Source: Octopus sinensis
Taxonomy: Eukaryota
Length of the DNA: 64,000 bases
Direction of reading: 5' to 3'
Assembly: GCF_006345805.1 (NCBI RefSeq)
Contig: NC_043012.1
Span: 46,004,001 to 46,068,000, forward strand
This document shows positions 1 to 13,059 of the stretch, in pieces. Positions within the stretch are counted from its first letter, which is position 1. Every line of letters begins with the position of its first letter. The translations under genes and the position numbers were made by a program. Under the pieces are notes generated by a model, which worked only from the letters and a program-made list of their open reading frames with translations, had not been told where the DNA came from and ran no database searches.

Positions 1-2280
1 AATATGTTATAATAGCAGATCCATTCATCGTGTGGTCTATTGTTAACAAAAGTTTGAATAGATTGCTTACGAATGTCCCGCACATTAAAATGCATTATTG
101 ACTTCATTGTAGTCCGTGAAATGTGAGAGATTGTTTAGCATTAAGAATATCTGGTAGAAAAGAGAATTATGACGAGTAATTGAGGAGTTCAAGAAGAGAG
201 TATTTAATGAAGTTGGCTTTTTGGTCACAAATTATGGTTGCTATAACGAAAACACATCTTTAACCAAAGTTAATACATCTTTCACTTTCCCTTCTCTTTC
301 ACTTTCTGCTCTCTACAAAGAAATTTTAAAAAATCGGTAATTAAGGAATACATTCGAAAAATGAGTTGCCGATGTTGATGTATGGAGTATCAAAAGACTC
401 TGTATTCTTTCGGCTGACAAATAACTTTATTTTCATTTACAGGTTTGCATAACAAAAATTTAACATTATAATCTTTCTAAAATTCAACTATGCAAAACGA
501 CATTTTACATCACGACAACAACATCACATTTTCTATATGAGTGTACCTTAACAGACATCCATTTCTCTATATGTTTTGAAGAAATACAGACACTCGTTTT
601 CTCTGTCACATGCTCACGCGCACATACATACGAAAAATGATGTATGCATATGTATCTATGTACGTTCATACGAAAGACAATATGTGTGTGACATAGAGAG
701 AAAGAGAGAGAGAGAGAACGAGTGAGTGCCATGACTGCACATACATACACTTACTGTCTATCTTTCTCTCTCTCTCTCTCACTTTGACATACACATCCGC
801 ACGCATGCACACACTCTTACACACCTCCATTTCACCATTTCATATACACGTACATGTATATTTCTCCTCTCTTTCAGTTTCTGCTCTCAATTTAAAGCAA
901 ATGTAGCCTTTTCACTTTCTCCTCTCTTTCAGTTTCTGCTCTCTTCAAAGCATTAAAAAATACAGAAATTAACGAACAATCATGATCTCATATAATCAAC
1001 CATATGATCGAGTTGACAACTTTTCTATATCAGACAAAAGAATTCCATAAAATAACTTCCTTTGGTACACACACACACATGCACGCACGAACGCATACAC
1101 ACACATGCACACACACACGCTCATTCTAGGTAAAATTTCTGTTTGAATTATGTTATTTGTTGCTATGTGCACGCGCAAAATAGCAGCTTGAATCCAATTG
1201 AAATCACCTATTTCTATTTTGTAATCCGTGTTTGTCATCAGTGTATTTAAAAGCACGATCTTCAATATAAATTTAAAAGAGAATTCTCGCAGAAATCTTG
1301 TTCGTTGCCTGTTGTTTCTAGCATGTCCGAGGTGAAATTTGCGACCCCATCCCCCCCGATATAGTCTTAATTTTTTTTTCCGATTCCTATGTTTTCAAAA
1401 CGGAAGATTACAGTTTCGCTGAAAAGACACGTTCACAATTATTTAATTTTCTCCCTCTCCGTCCCAATTTCTTCATGTTTTCACCTTTTTCGAATTTTTT
1501 TCTCACAGTAATCCACAGAAAAAAGACAGAGTATGAATATTTAAGAATTTTCTTCTTTCCTTTTTCTTAAATAAACACTAAAACCTTCTCCCTAAGCACC
1601 CACCAATCGCCTCAACACTTTCAAAAAGCTACAAACACCCAAAGTTTCCCTTTTATCTCTTTAATAAATGGAGAAATTTATTCAGAAATAATGTCGTTTA
1701 CCTGTTGTTTCTAGCATGTGGAGTTTTCTGGTTGTGCGCTGATATACGCAAGTTAAGCTTGAGTATATTTTGGTCATTATTTGGAGGTTTGTATCATACA
1801 TCCTGACTATTAATGTGCTTTTGATCACCTTTCTCTCTTTATTTGGCAAAACATATGTAGATAACTTTAGTTATATCTAGCTATCAGTTACACCTACATC
1901 AGTTATATATATATATATATATGAATCCAGATAGCTTCAGTTACATCTAGGGCACTTTTATATATCATTTTTTGTTTAAATTTCATTTGAAGGAATCGAG
2001 AAAATTCAAAAGACATTAGTGCCGTAAAAAACATCGTCTGCTATATATTTGTCGCATTACAATATTTCAGAGAAAAAAAACGCTGTATTCAATTTAGCTT
2101 ACACACTGGTGTTACTTTCTAACTCCCTATTGTAGCATATGACTTTCTAACTCCCTATTTTCTGCTTCTATAAGTATGTGTCTTTTGAAAGTATTGAAAA
2201 GAATACCGGTATTTAAAAAAATGATAGCTAAATAATTTAACTGCCGTCTCTCTCTCTCACTCTCTCATAAAAGACACACA

Positions 2281-2522
2281 TACTTTGCCGTATATGTATT
2301 TATTTATGTACGTATATATGTATGTATCAATCTATACATGAATCTATACATACATGAATACATTTATACACGCACACACACACACACACACATACACACA
2401 CACACATACATACACACTGTCACTCTTTCTCTCTCTCAAATCTCTTCATCTGTATGTTTAACTATCTACCTATGCATGTATGTATATATGTATCTGTCTG
2501 TCTGTCTGTCTGTATCTCTCCT

Positions 2523-2588
<66 letters not shown>

Positions 2589-2670
2589 TATGCATATATA
2601 TACATGCATACATATATATATATATGAGTCATTTAAATACGTACATATATATATATATACATATATGTAT
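2281..2670. repeat. Compound CA/CT/TA microsatellite cluster
   Basis: Direct reading. Confidence 0.9.
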
Positions 2671-4151
2671 GTATTTAAATGACTCTTTTCAATCATTAGA
2701 ATATCAAGAATATTGTATATATCTACCCAATAACACAATATTGGATATGATAGGTTGCCTTTCAACTGTAGCTTCTCGATATTACTTTACAAGAGATTAT
2801 CAAAAGCAATAATTATGATTACATACCCATATAAATTCATTTATGCAGATTTATATCTACTCAAATGTCCTCAACATAATGCAGCCAGACGAGAATAGCA
2901 GAGAAGTAAAATTTTTAGAATGAAAAAGAATTAATACACTATTGATTTTACGCAAATAGATGACAATATAAATTCAAGTTTCGTTATTATTCTCAAAATA
3001 TTAAAACATTTTTTGAGTATTACTATTGAATTCTTTATGATCAATGTTTATGAAAGCAACTATGATGTAGCCATTTTTTACACAACCTGACAATATTTCT
3101 ACGTATAGAAGAGTACAATAGATAGACTAATAGAACAAAAAAATAAAAAAATGATATAAGCTCCAAATCAGAATTTTATATGAATACAAAAATTACTAAT
3201 GCAACCATAATTACCAAATTAATATCAAATGATTGAATTACATGAATATATTTTAAAAAGATGTTTACATTATTACCACTCAAACCTAAGAATAAATAGA
3301 TTTGTATCTCAAGCGATATGTATCGGAGGAGAATCAAGATGTACTTCCAGCTTTGGTTCTGGCGTGCGAATAGAGATAAAAGCGACTTTTACAAGTGAGT
3401 TAACAAAATTAATTTTGCAGAACTCTTCTTTGAAGAGTAAAGAAAATTTGCTTAGAAATTGTTTTTAATGTTATTTGAATATATCTAAGTATTTGAAGAA
3501 GAACACGTTAAAGCAAATTATGCATGTGTTTGTTTGAGATAAACATATTTTATTTCAGTATTAAATATTATATGCAATCTTATAACATGTGTGAGCTGAT
3601 AACAGCATCATTTGTGTTCATATAAATTCAAAGGTCCGTTCATGGTTTTGAAAACAGATATACACAGGAAATATAAACATGCGAATGAATAATTTAAATC
3701 GGAATATATGCATGAAAATATGCATAAAGTCGAAGGTAAACGATTTATACGAATGGAAAGTTCCGTTGAGAGATTTGCATTTATTATAATTCAAGAAGAA
3801 TATTTCGCTAATGGCGCTGTAAATATCTGAGCACCAAAATATTTTTACAACGACCATATAGTTTCCTGGACACGGTATTTGTCTACATCAGTAATAATCT
3901 ATATTTTCTAAATTCCTGAATATAATTTATTGCATTTTTTTCGTAGACTTTAAATACAAACTAGTGAGAATGACGATAGCTTCTGAAAAAAATATTTTGT
4001 ATAGATTGATATTTTTATAGTGAAAGATTATGATCCATTTCAATTAAACTTTTGTTTTTTGTTCGATTACTTTAATGCACTCATACAGAGAGTGGTGAAC
4101 ACGTAATCGAGACAAAGCATTATATATACAAATACAAGCATAGGTGGATAC

Positions 4152-4290
4152 GAATGGCTTAGTGACAGAGCGTTGTTTTGATGATCGCAAGATTGTAGTT
4201 TCGATTCCCAGACCGGACAATGCATTATGTTTTGGAGCAAAACAATTCATTTCACGTTTTTCAATTCAACGCAGCTGCCAACAATGAATA
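4152..4290 (+). mobile_element. Decayed tRNA-headed SINE related to family 3
   Basis: TGGCTTAGTG..GTTTCGATTCCCAGACCGG..TGGAGCAAAACA.TTCATTTCACGTT. Confidence 0.55.
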
Positions 4291-6094
4291 CTTTTGTGAC
4301 GGGCCGGTGTCCCGCCAAGGGGAGAGACTTTTACGCCACATAATTCAGTACATGAGACTCAAGTTCCCAGGGATCGGGTAGAATATTTGATATTTTTTAT
4401 TATATTCAAACACATGTGCTTAAGTATGTATTTGAATACAGAAAGAGAGAGCGTGAAAGACAGAAAGAGAGAGATGTCTAGATAGGTAACAGATGCATGT
4501 ATATATATATATGTATATATATATATATTCTATGAATATGTTTGCATTCTCAAAATATTTATCTGTATAGGATTAATGAGTCAATAGTAGTGTTTTGTAT
4601 AACTGAATGGCATCCTGTATTTACTTGAAGTGTTTGCATTCAGCGCACTGTATATTCAAATGATATATCTCATACTTTCGACACTTTTAGCAATTTAAAT
4701 AAGTGCGCGTATGTGAGTGTGTGTGAGTATGTGTGTGTGTTTTTGTGTCTGTGTCTATGTGTGTTTGAGTAAGATGTTATCCAAGTCTTCAGAACATCAA
4801 GGAGCTAGATACAATGACCCATTTGCAACCATAGATCGAGCAAGGAATAACTAGAATCGGTCATAGAACACAACAGATTGACTAGTTATTATTATCCTCC
4901 AAAAGTCTGTTCAGTTCTAAATAATGTATCGGCTACAATTACGTTATCAAGTTTACCCAACAACAACCAATTTTCATCCTCCAGTTCATTTCCGTTGTTC
5001 AATTAAAACCGTGTTAGTTTAATTATCTGACAATTATTTGTATCAAATTTTTCCAATGTGATTTTACAGAATATTTAAATTAAAATTTGAACTATTTTTT
5101 CTTATACAGGATTCTACGAACAAAACAAACCGTTCATCTTACAAGAAATAATGACTTAATCCCTCTCAAACACAATATTTCCTCTTTAACAGATACGTAT
5201 TGAATTGTGTAATTTTCGATATAATAATTCTGAGTAAGAGACGCTATTGGCTATTGGTGTAGTTTGAAATTATTCGAGCATAGATCTACGTGTTCACAGC
5301 TGATATGTCTAAACAAGCAATAACTACGCCAAGAAGAACTATTCGTTGAAATTTCTAGCGCTACTTAACATATCTTCTTTGAAAAATATTACTCTGAATT
5401 ATTGCTAGATGACCATAGACTGAGAAATTTAAGTTGTGAATTACATGTGTGTTTATATACATTCTCGTAAATAAATTTAAGAAAATCAGTGTTTTGAATA
5501 TAGTTTGCATCTGAAGAATATTTATGATTAACAATATCATGAAATATAACGAAAATAGATACGTAAAATTAGATATTATAAACTACATTACATTATATAT
5601 ACCAAAGTCAGTAGTGGCTGTTCCCATCGCTCTAATTTCGGATTTGAATTTCGTTTCATACGACACTATTGTAAATGTATAATATCTTTTATTTAATCGA
5701 CAATAATCTTAAGTGTGATGTCTTAGTAATGTCACATTTAAATGACTCACCAGCATACGAATATTAATATATTATGATATAAACTAGAAAAACAATATAT
5801 CTGTATTACTGTGCCATTTTGTCTGGGCTGGAAATGAAAACTTTCTGGGAATCATTTAAACCTATGATGAAGATCAAATCAGATACACATTTTAAAGTGA
5901 TCTTCTGCTGCTCTAGGATTCAACTTGTATTGACATAAACTGCATTTAGTTCCGGCTTCATATCTGTCTGTCTAAGGTCAAATTTGCCTTTGTGAGATAG
6001 ATAAAATAACGATGACTGCCCTGTTCCATATAATTGATTATAGTCATTCCCTAAATTTGTGCTCATGTATGTAATTAATATTTAGTCGAGAATA

Positions 6095-6309
6095 AAGGCA
6101 GCAAGCTGGCAGAAACTGTAGTACGTCGGGCGAAATGCTTATCGGTATTTCGTCTATACGTTCTGAGTTCAGATTCCGCCGAGGTTGACTTTGTCTTTCA
6201 CCGTTTCGGAGTCGATAAACTAAGTACCAGTTGCGTACTGGAGTCGATCTAATCGACTGGGCCCCCTCCACCAAAATTTCGGGCCTTGTGCATAGAGTAT
6301 AAAAGAATA
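6095..6309 (+). mobile_element. tRNA-derived SINE family 2 (Deu/Nin-like central domain, by recall)
   Basis: GAGTTCAGATTCC B-box; GAGGTTGACTTTGTCTTTCA..GTCGATAAACTAAGTACCAG; same family at 9770, 10615, 35722, 36255, 53295, 62040. Confidence 0.8.
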
Positions 6310-7298
6310 TTTAGTCGTGAATTCAGTAATAATGTATTTGAAGAATATCAGACGAAACATAAGACATAGAATATGTGGAAAAATATTTTTAACAAATTCT
6401 AGAACAAATAACAAAAAAAAGCATGTTAACATATTCATCATTTTAATTGGAAGTGTTTAAATAAAATATGTAGAGATTTACATAAATTCTTCACCTTTCT
6501 TGTGCAGCATTCAGTTGCCTTCAAGACGAACGATCGGTTAAGGTTTACGAATATGTTGTAAATATAATTTATTATATTACTTCTTTGAAAATAGACGAAG
6601 CCAAGCACGTAATTCATATCTGTACTTTATCAATTTGAGTATCGTGAAACATCATTCAAATATTATATAACATATTAAAACTCCAATAAATTATGTAGTA
6701 AGCAGTTGACAGTGAATTCCCTTTTGACATATAGAAAAATAAGCATCAGCTAAGATGTAAAATATGAATGAAATTCATAATCAAATTAAAGCATTTATGA
6801 AGATTACAGAAATGAATGTTACAATTCTGTATGATTTTGAATCACTATTGAATCTATATCTCTCTACTTATGCAGCACATGGGCAGTGGATAGACATAAA
6901 ATTCTTCAACGTAAAAACTTATCTTCAGTGGAATAAAAGTATTACACGCGAAATAAATTTAACTATAATTGGATTATTAAAAGAAAATCCTTGAAAGAAA
7001 CGGTATCAAAATATTTATTACAATTTATCTATGAAATTACGACAGTTGTAAAGCCAGTAGTTGTTTCCTTGATTTTTAATTCATTCCGTTAACTAATGAA
7101 GTCACTGCTGTATTCCATTTTCTTATTGTGTGAAATATTTAGCCTAAGAGCTTAGGGGAAAAAAACACAACCAATAAAACACGTTTGATACAGTAGTGAG
7201 TTAGAAAATAATCACGTGTTATTTTCATAAATTTTTGACTCACCTTTGTGTACATTAGGGTCAGTGAGAATAGATCTATTTATCTATCTACCTATCTA

Positions 7299-7395
<97 letters not shown>

Positions 7396-8517
7396 GCATA
7401 CACACACATATATATACAGAGATTGATTGATAGATAGATAGATAAATAGGTAGATTAATTAATAGTTATTCAAACATATACACATTCCAAGCCCGCGCAC
7501 ATGCACGTAATTCAAGTGAGCAACTCCTTGATGTCATCTGTTTGAAAAAGAATTGAATGTAGTAAACCTGAAAGAGGAAATTATAAATACTTTTATGGTG
7601 AGGAAAATGCATCTTTAGCTTGATTATCATTATCATTTTAATCATTACGGTAAGCACGCTAGACAACTGTGAATAACGTATTTGTGTTATTAAATTCCTC
7701 AGTGAAGCATAGATATTGCCGTGCTTGCCGAAATAGTAATGAGAGAATAATTAATTAGCTGCAATATATTCTACACGAATAAGCAAGTGAAGTTATATTT
7801 GAACAAAAGTTTTATTTGGAATATTAATCTCTGTGTAACGGCTTTGACATGAAAAAAAAAAAAAATTGATGACAGTAGCTGCTTCACATAAAATGAAGTG
7901 AACAGGAAGAAACAAATTAGAAATCTTCATGCGCTCAGTAAAATAATAAATAAATAAATAAAAAGTTATCTAAATGATGAATTATATTTTCATATTTGCC
8001 TGCCTTCTAAAATATCAATCCTGTCTTATAACATCTTGAAATATATACACCATTGTGATTTCAGAGGTATTTATGATGGAATGAGTAAATATAAGAGTAA
8101 CAGTGATTAAAAGTATGGAAAATAAAGCAGTTAGCTCATTTATAAATGAAACCACTTGGATGTTACTTCGTAGATGTTGCTTCTGAAGACTTTTAATAAT
8201 ACTGAAATATCTTTAGCGTAGCCTCATCTTACTTCGTATATTTTAAATTGTGCATTAAGCAAGAAAAAATTCTTCTAGGAATACAGTTTGTTACACAGCA
8301 CATATACCTATGGCTACTTTCATTTATATATATATTTAAATATGAAGAGTTTAATTACGCACTTACACTTGCTTAAAAATAACAGTACAATATTTTGAAA
8401 TTGGGGGAAATTATACACTTATAGCTATATATTACGATATAAAGGAAATATATCTGTAGAGGTTTAGCCAGAACACTCTTCATGCTGAAGCATAACTGTC
8501 TTCTCTGTACCTAGCAT

Positions 8518-9374
8518 AGGCGCGGGCGTGGCTCTGCGAAAAGAGGCTTGCTTCCCAACCACATGATTCCGGGTTCAGTCTCACTGCGTGGCACCTCGGG
8601 CGAGTGTGTTCTATTATACACCTCAGGCCGACCAAAACCTTGTGTAGCCGGAAACTCAAAGAAGGTATGAAAATCTAACGTAAGCTTCAAAAGACATTTT
8701 AAGATCCACAAAGTTCAGAATCTATCTACAGCTCTTGGTGGTCCAAATCGGATATGCAATCTATGTGGGTGGTTTCAGAACATTGTCTTGTTTAAAAAGC
8801 TGCATCAGATGCCATGATGGTTCTAAGTTGTAGGTACCAGAGGTGATCAAACTCTGTATAAGGTGTAGACAACCACCATATATATATAAATTAAATTAGA
8901 GATAAAACCACTATTTGGCAACTGAAACAGTGATGGACATAAACCAAAACATAAAAAACAAAAAATAAATATAATTAATATAATATATGATATATATACA
9001 ATATAAAATTTAAAATTTAAATTATTAAAATTTTAAATTTTTAAATTTATATTTCTAAATTTTAATGTTTTTAAGTTTTAAAATTTTTAGATTTTTAGTT
9101 ATATTACTTATTATATTATATTTAACTTTTCTATACTTTTTGGTTTGTTATATAAAAAAAAATTAAAAGTTCAAAAAATTAAGAAAAATTTAAATTTAAA
9201 AATATAAATTAAAAAATTTTAATAATTTAAATTTTAAATTTTATATTTGGTTTATATATATCACTGTTTGAGTTGCCTAATAGTGGTTTTATCTCTAATT
9301 TAATTTATATTTATACTGTCAAATTTGATTTAATCCTAAATCTAATTTTTCCCTGTAAGTTTGGATATACTCCC

Positions 9375-9416
<42 letters not shown>

Positions 9417-9638
9417 TTGTGTGTCTATGTGTTTGTGTTTATTCCCTCACCATCGCTTGACAACCGATGTTGGTATATGTGCGTCCCCCGTAACTTAGCG
9501 GTTCAGCAAAAAGTGACCGATGGAATAAATATCGGGCTTACGAAGAATAAGTCCTGGGATTGATTTGTTCGACTAAAGGCGGTGCTCCAGCATGGTCGCA
9601 GTCACACGACGGAAACAAATAAAAACTAAAAGAAAGAA
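8518..9638 (+). mobile_element. SINE family 1 copy split by a ~700-bp insertion
   Basis: Head 8518-8665 (GGTTCAGTC B-box); tail 9416-9638, duplicated at 10261-10483. Confidence 0.7.
8885..9309. repeat. Very AT-rich foldback (inverted repeat) inserted into a SINE
   Basis: 8885-8934 pairs with 9260-9309 with two mismatches; inner arms from 9002 pair with ~9208-9244. Confidence 0.85.
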
Positions 9639-10222
9639 TATTGTTGTGCAGAGAGAAAATCAGTTTGAGTATTTTCAGTCATGTGATGGAACTTCACCAG
9701 TGACAAGTTCATAGAACTGATGTTTATTTTATGTATTATAATTCAGAGCTGAAATGCAATATTGGTTTCAAATTTTGATACAAGCGAGGAATTTGGGGAA
9801 AGGGTTACAGTCGATTAACTGGTACTTATTCTATCGACCCTGAAAGACGAAAGGCAAAATCGACCTCGGTTGAATTTGAACTCGAAGCGTAAAGACGGAC
9901 GAAATACCGCTAAGTATTTTGCCCGGCTCACCGCGTTCATGTGACAAAATCTAATAATGAGATAGCTTAAATTATGTGCGTATATGTTGTTGCGTTTTGG
10001 GCAAAAAAAAACAGAATGGAGGGAACTTGCGTATACAAAAAAAACAATTCATATATATCCAGTAAATACGATTGATACTTGTCGTTTTATGCAACATATT
10101 AGTTTTTATAACAGAAGCACATATGACAAAACGAAACGAACTTTTATATAAAAACTAGCATTATGACCCGGCGTTGCCGGGTCATAGCGCTAGTGCATGT
10201 ATATATGTATATATATATATAT

Positions 10223-10261
<39 letters not shown>

Positions 10262-11075
10262 TTGTGTGTCTATGTGTTTGTGTTTATTCCCTCACCATCG
10301 CTTGACAACCGATGTTGGTATATGTGCGTCCCCCGTAACTTAGCGGTTCAGCAAAAAGTGACCGATGGAATAAATATCGGGCTTACGAAGAATAAGTCCT
10401 GGGATTGATTTGTTCGACTAAAGGCGGTGCTCCAGCATGGTCGCAGTCACACGACGGAAACAAATAAAAACTAAAAGAAAGAATATTGTTGTGCAGAGAG
10501 AAAATCAGTTTGAGTATTTTCAGTCATGTGATGGAACTTCACCAGTGACAAGTTCATAGAACTGATGTTTATTTTATGTATTATAATTCAGAGCTGAAAT
10601 GCAATATTGGTTTCAAATTTTGATACAAGCGAGGAATTTGGGGAAAGGGTTACAGTCGATTAACTGGTACTTATTCTATCGACCCTGAAAGACGAAAGGC
10701 AAAATCGACCTCGGTTGAATTTGAACTCGAAGCGTAAAGACGGACGAAATACCGCTAAGTATTTTGCCCGGCTCACCGCGTTCATGTGACAAAATCTAAT
10801 AATGAGATAGCTTAAATTATGTGCGTATATGTTGTTGCGTTTTGGGCAAAAAAAAAACAGAATGGAGGGAACTTGCGTATACAAAAAAAACAATTCATAT
10901 ATATCCAGTAAATACGATTGATACTTGTCGTTTTATGCAACATATTAGTTTTTATAACAGAAGCACATATGACAAAACGAAACGAACTTTTATATAAAAA
11001 CTAGCATTATGACCCGGCGTTGCCGGGTCATAGCGCTAGTGCATGTATATATGTATATATATATATATATATATG
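9416..11075. repeat. 845-bp near-identical tandem duplication bounded by (TA)n tracts
   Basis: TTTGTGTGTCTATG at 9416 and 10261; Helitron CTAG terminus at 10155 and 11001. The only difference I noticed is one homopolymer A. Confidence 0.9.
9770..9935 (-). mobile_element. SINE family 2 copy (duplicated at ~10615-10781)
   Basis: CTGGTACTTATTCTATCGACCC..AAGGCAAAATCGACCTCGG..TTTGAACTC. Confidence 0.75.
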
Positions 11076-12754
11076 TGTGTGTACATATTACATGTACATC
11101 TATATATATATATCTACACATAAAATGTAAAATACAAAGTTATATCTTGATATCGCTAGTGATAACAATACTCAAAATATATAACAGGCTGGAAATGTAG
11201 GCCCGTCTCTTGTAATTTCGATCAATTGTATCTTGTCCCCCTCTTGTATACAAGTTTGGCTGGGGGGATATTTTAAATTTTTACCCGGGACGTCCTACGT
11301 CTCAGATATAAAGGTAAAAATAAAATATTTCCACTTTGCAAGGTTCGAGTCGATTACTCCCTTGCACGCTCCATTGACTCGAACCTTGCTTCTATTGTGG
11401 CGAATTTACCGCCTCTGGTTAGATATATTTCATAGTCACACCAACACACTTTTCAATGTTGCTTTCTTCCAGGTGTTCAAATCTTTTTTTCTTCTCTACA
11501 TTGTATACTTTATATACAATAATCTTTTCTTTAATTTAATTTTTTATTTCGTTAGGTGGTGTTATCCTAGATTCTCCGTATTTGTCGGTGATCAATCCGA
11601 AATAGGTTTGTATTTCTTCCATTTTAAGTTTAATGAGTTCGCGTCCGCCGACGGCTGCAGCGAAATTCATTTTTGGACTTTCTTCTATCGAAGAGATTTT
11701 AACAAAAATGCTTCCGTATAAACGGTGAAAATATTGTCAATTTTCCCAAACAGGGACACAATTCAATTTTTAAACAATAACCAAAGTTCCTTCTTCCAAA
11801 GGGGTGGGAGGGTTACGGTTTACAATTATTTAACAAATGCAACACAGCAACGCTTCCCTTACGAGGAGCCAACAAACATGATAACAATAGTTAAACAGTA
11901 ATAAAATAAAAAAAAGAAACTTACGGTGAATCAAAAGGCAGTACTCAGTTGAAGCTATAGTCATTTATGTATAAGAAATAAACCAACAGCAGTACTCAGT
12001 AGAAGCGTCTGTTCGAGAAAACAGACATTGCATACAGCCAAACTTCATATAGATACTTAATGCTAGTTAATTAGCAGATAATCTAATGTAAAAGCCGTGG
12101 TAAAGGGTATGTGCACAGCTCCATCTGGACTATTCCATTTCTGCACTTAAATTTCATTTTTTATTTATTCCCATTCATGTGAAACCACTTACTCAAGTTC
12201 AAGCCATTGATGCAATTTTATACCAACTGCTATTTTTACTTTTAATTGTTATGTTACGATTTAATTATTGTATTATACTTTAGTTTGATTTTAATCATTA
12301 ATTACTACATATAATTCAATTGTTATTATTATTTTTATTGTTAAAGTGAAAGTATCTGACATAAAATAGAGAAATGTTTTTGTTTCACTTTTAACACGTA
12401 ATACTGAAATAGTGGAGAAGATATGATATTGCTATGGGCTTGCCCTAGGCAAGAATTTGAACATTTTCTTTGCCCATGAAACTACATGGACCGTAAGTAA
12501 GGCATGTCAAAAATTTGAATGAAATTGGTTGTGTAGTTATCAAGTTTTAGGAAATCATAGTGGAGAAGATTATAGTGTTATTGCTGTGGACTCGCCCTAG
12601 GCAAAAAGTTAAACATTCTTTTTTGCCGATGACACTCCCCAGACCCTAAGTAAGGCATGTGTAAAATTCGAATGAAATTGGTTGTGTAGTTCTCAAGTTT
12701 TAGGGAAACACACAGACAGACAGACACACTTTCTCAGTTTTATATATATAGAGA
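11001..12754 (-). mobile_element. Non-autonomous Helitron, copy A
   Basis: On the minus strand: 5' TC at 12754-12753 after an A; 3' hairpin ATGACCCGGC-AAC-GCCGGGTCAT followed by CTAG (11001-11004) and T; AT insertion site, no TSD; (CTGT)n near the 5' end. Confidence 0.85.
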
Positions 12755-13059
12755 TAAACAAATTTTAAACAATTGAAAAAAATAGCACAACAGTTTAAAA
12801 GAGCTACTCAATTAGTAACAAAAACAAAATGATATGCATCATCATGTTAGTTTATTGTTGTAACCATACGAAAAGAGCCCCCCAAAGCGAACATGAAATT
12901 TAGATAAGCACTAGCATCAGTGAAATTTTACTGAAGTCTTACTTGCAAATTATACAATAATGTATTATAGATTGGGTAGAAGACTTATTTACAGAAAAAT
13001 CTGGATACCATAGCAAAAATATACCAGCACACCGGCTAAGAAGTTTGAGTAATTTGTAA

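Noticed and set aside
862-2159. Short direct repeats (27 bp at 862/917, 19 bp at 1308/1701, 18 bp at 2114/2142)
   Set aside because: Isolated local duplications with no array or element structure.
505-2812. ORF-track ORFs rich in YI, CV, HT, LS runs (also 9273, 10163, 19480-22269, 38453, 56392 and others)
   Set aside because: They are translations of TA, CA, CT and TATG microsatellites, not genes.
5512-5550. CTGAAGA...GAAAT with partial hairpin
   Set aside because: Stem II is not flush with both core halves and there is no stem I or III; expected by chance in AT-rich DNA.
11233-11721. 162-aa ORF
   Set aside because: Lies inside a non-autonomous Helitron, has low-complexity F/Y/I composition, and is not preserved in copy B.
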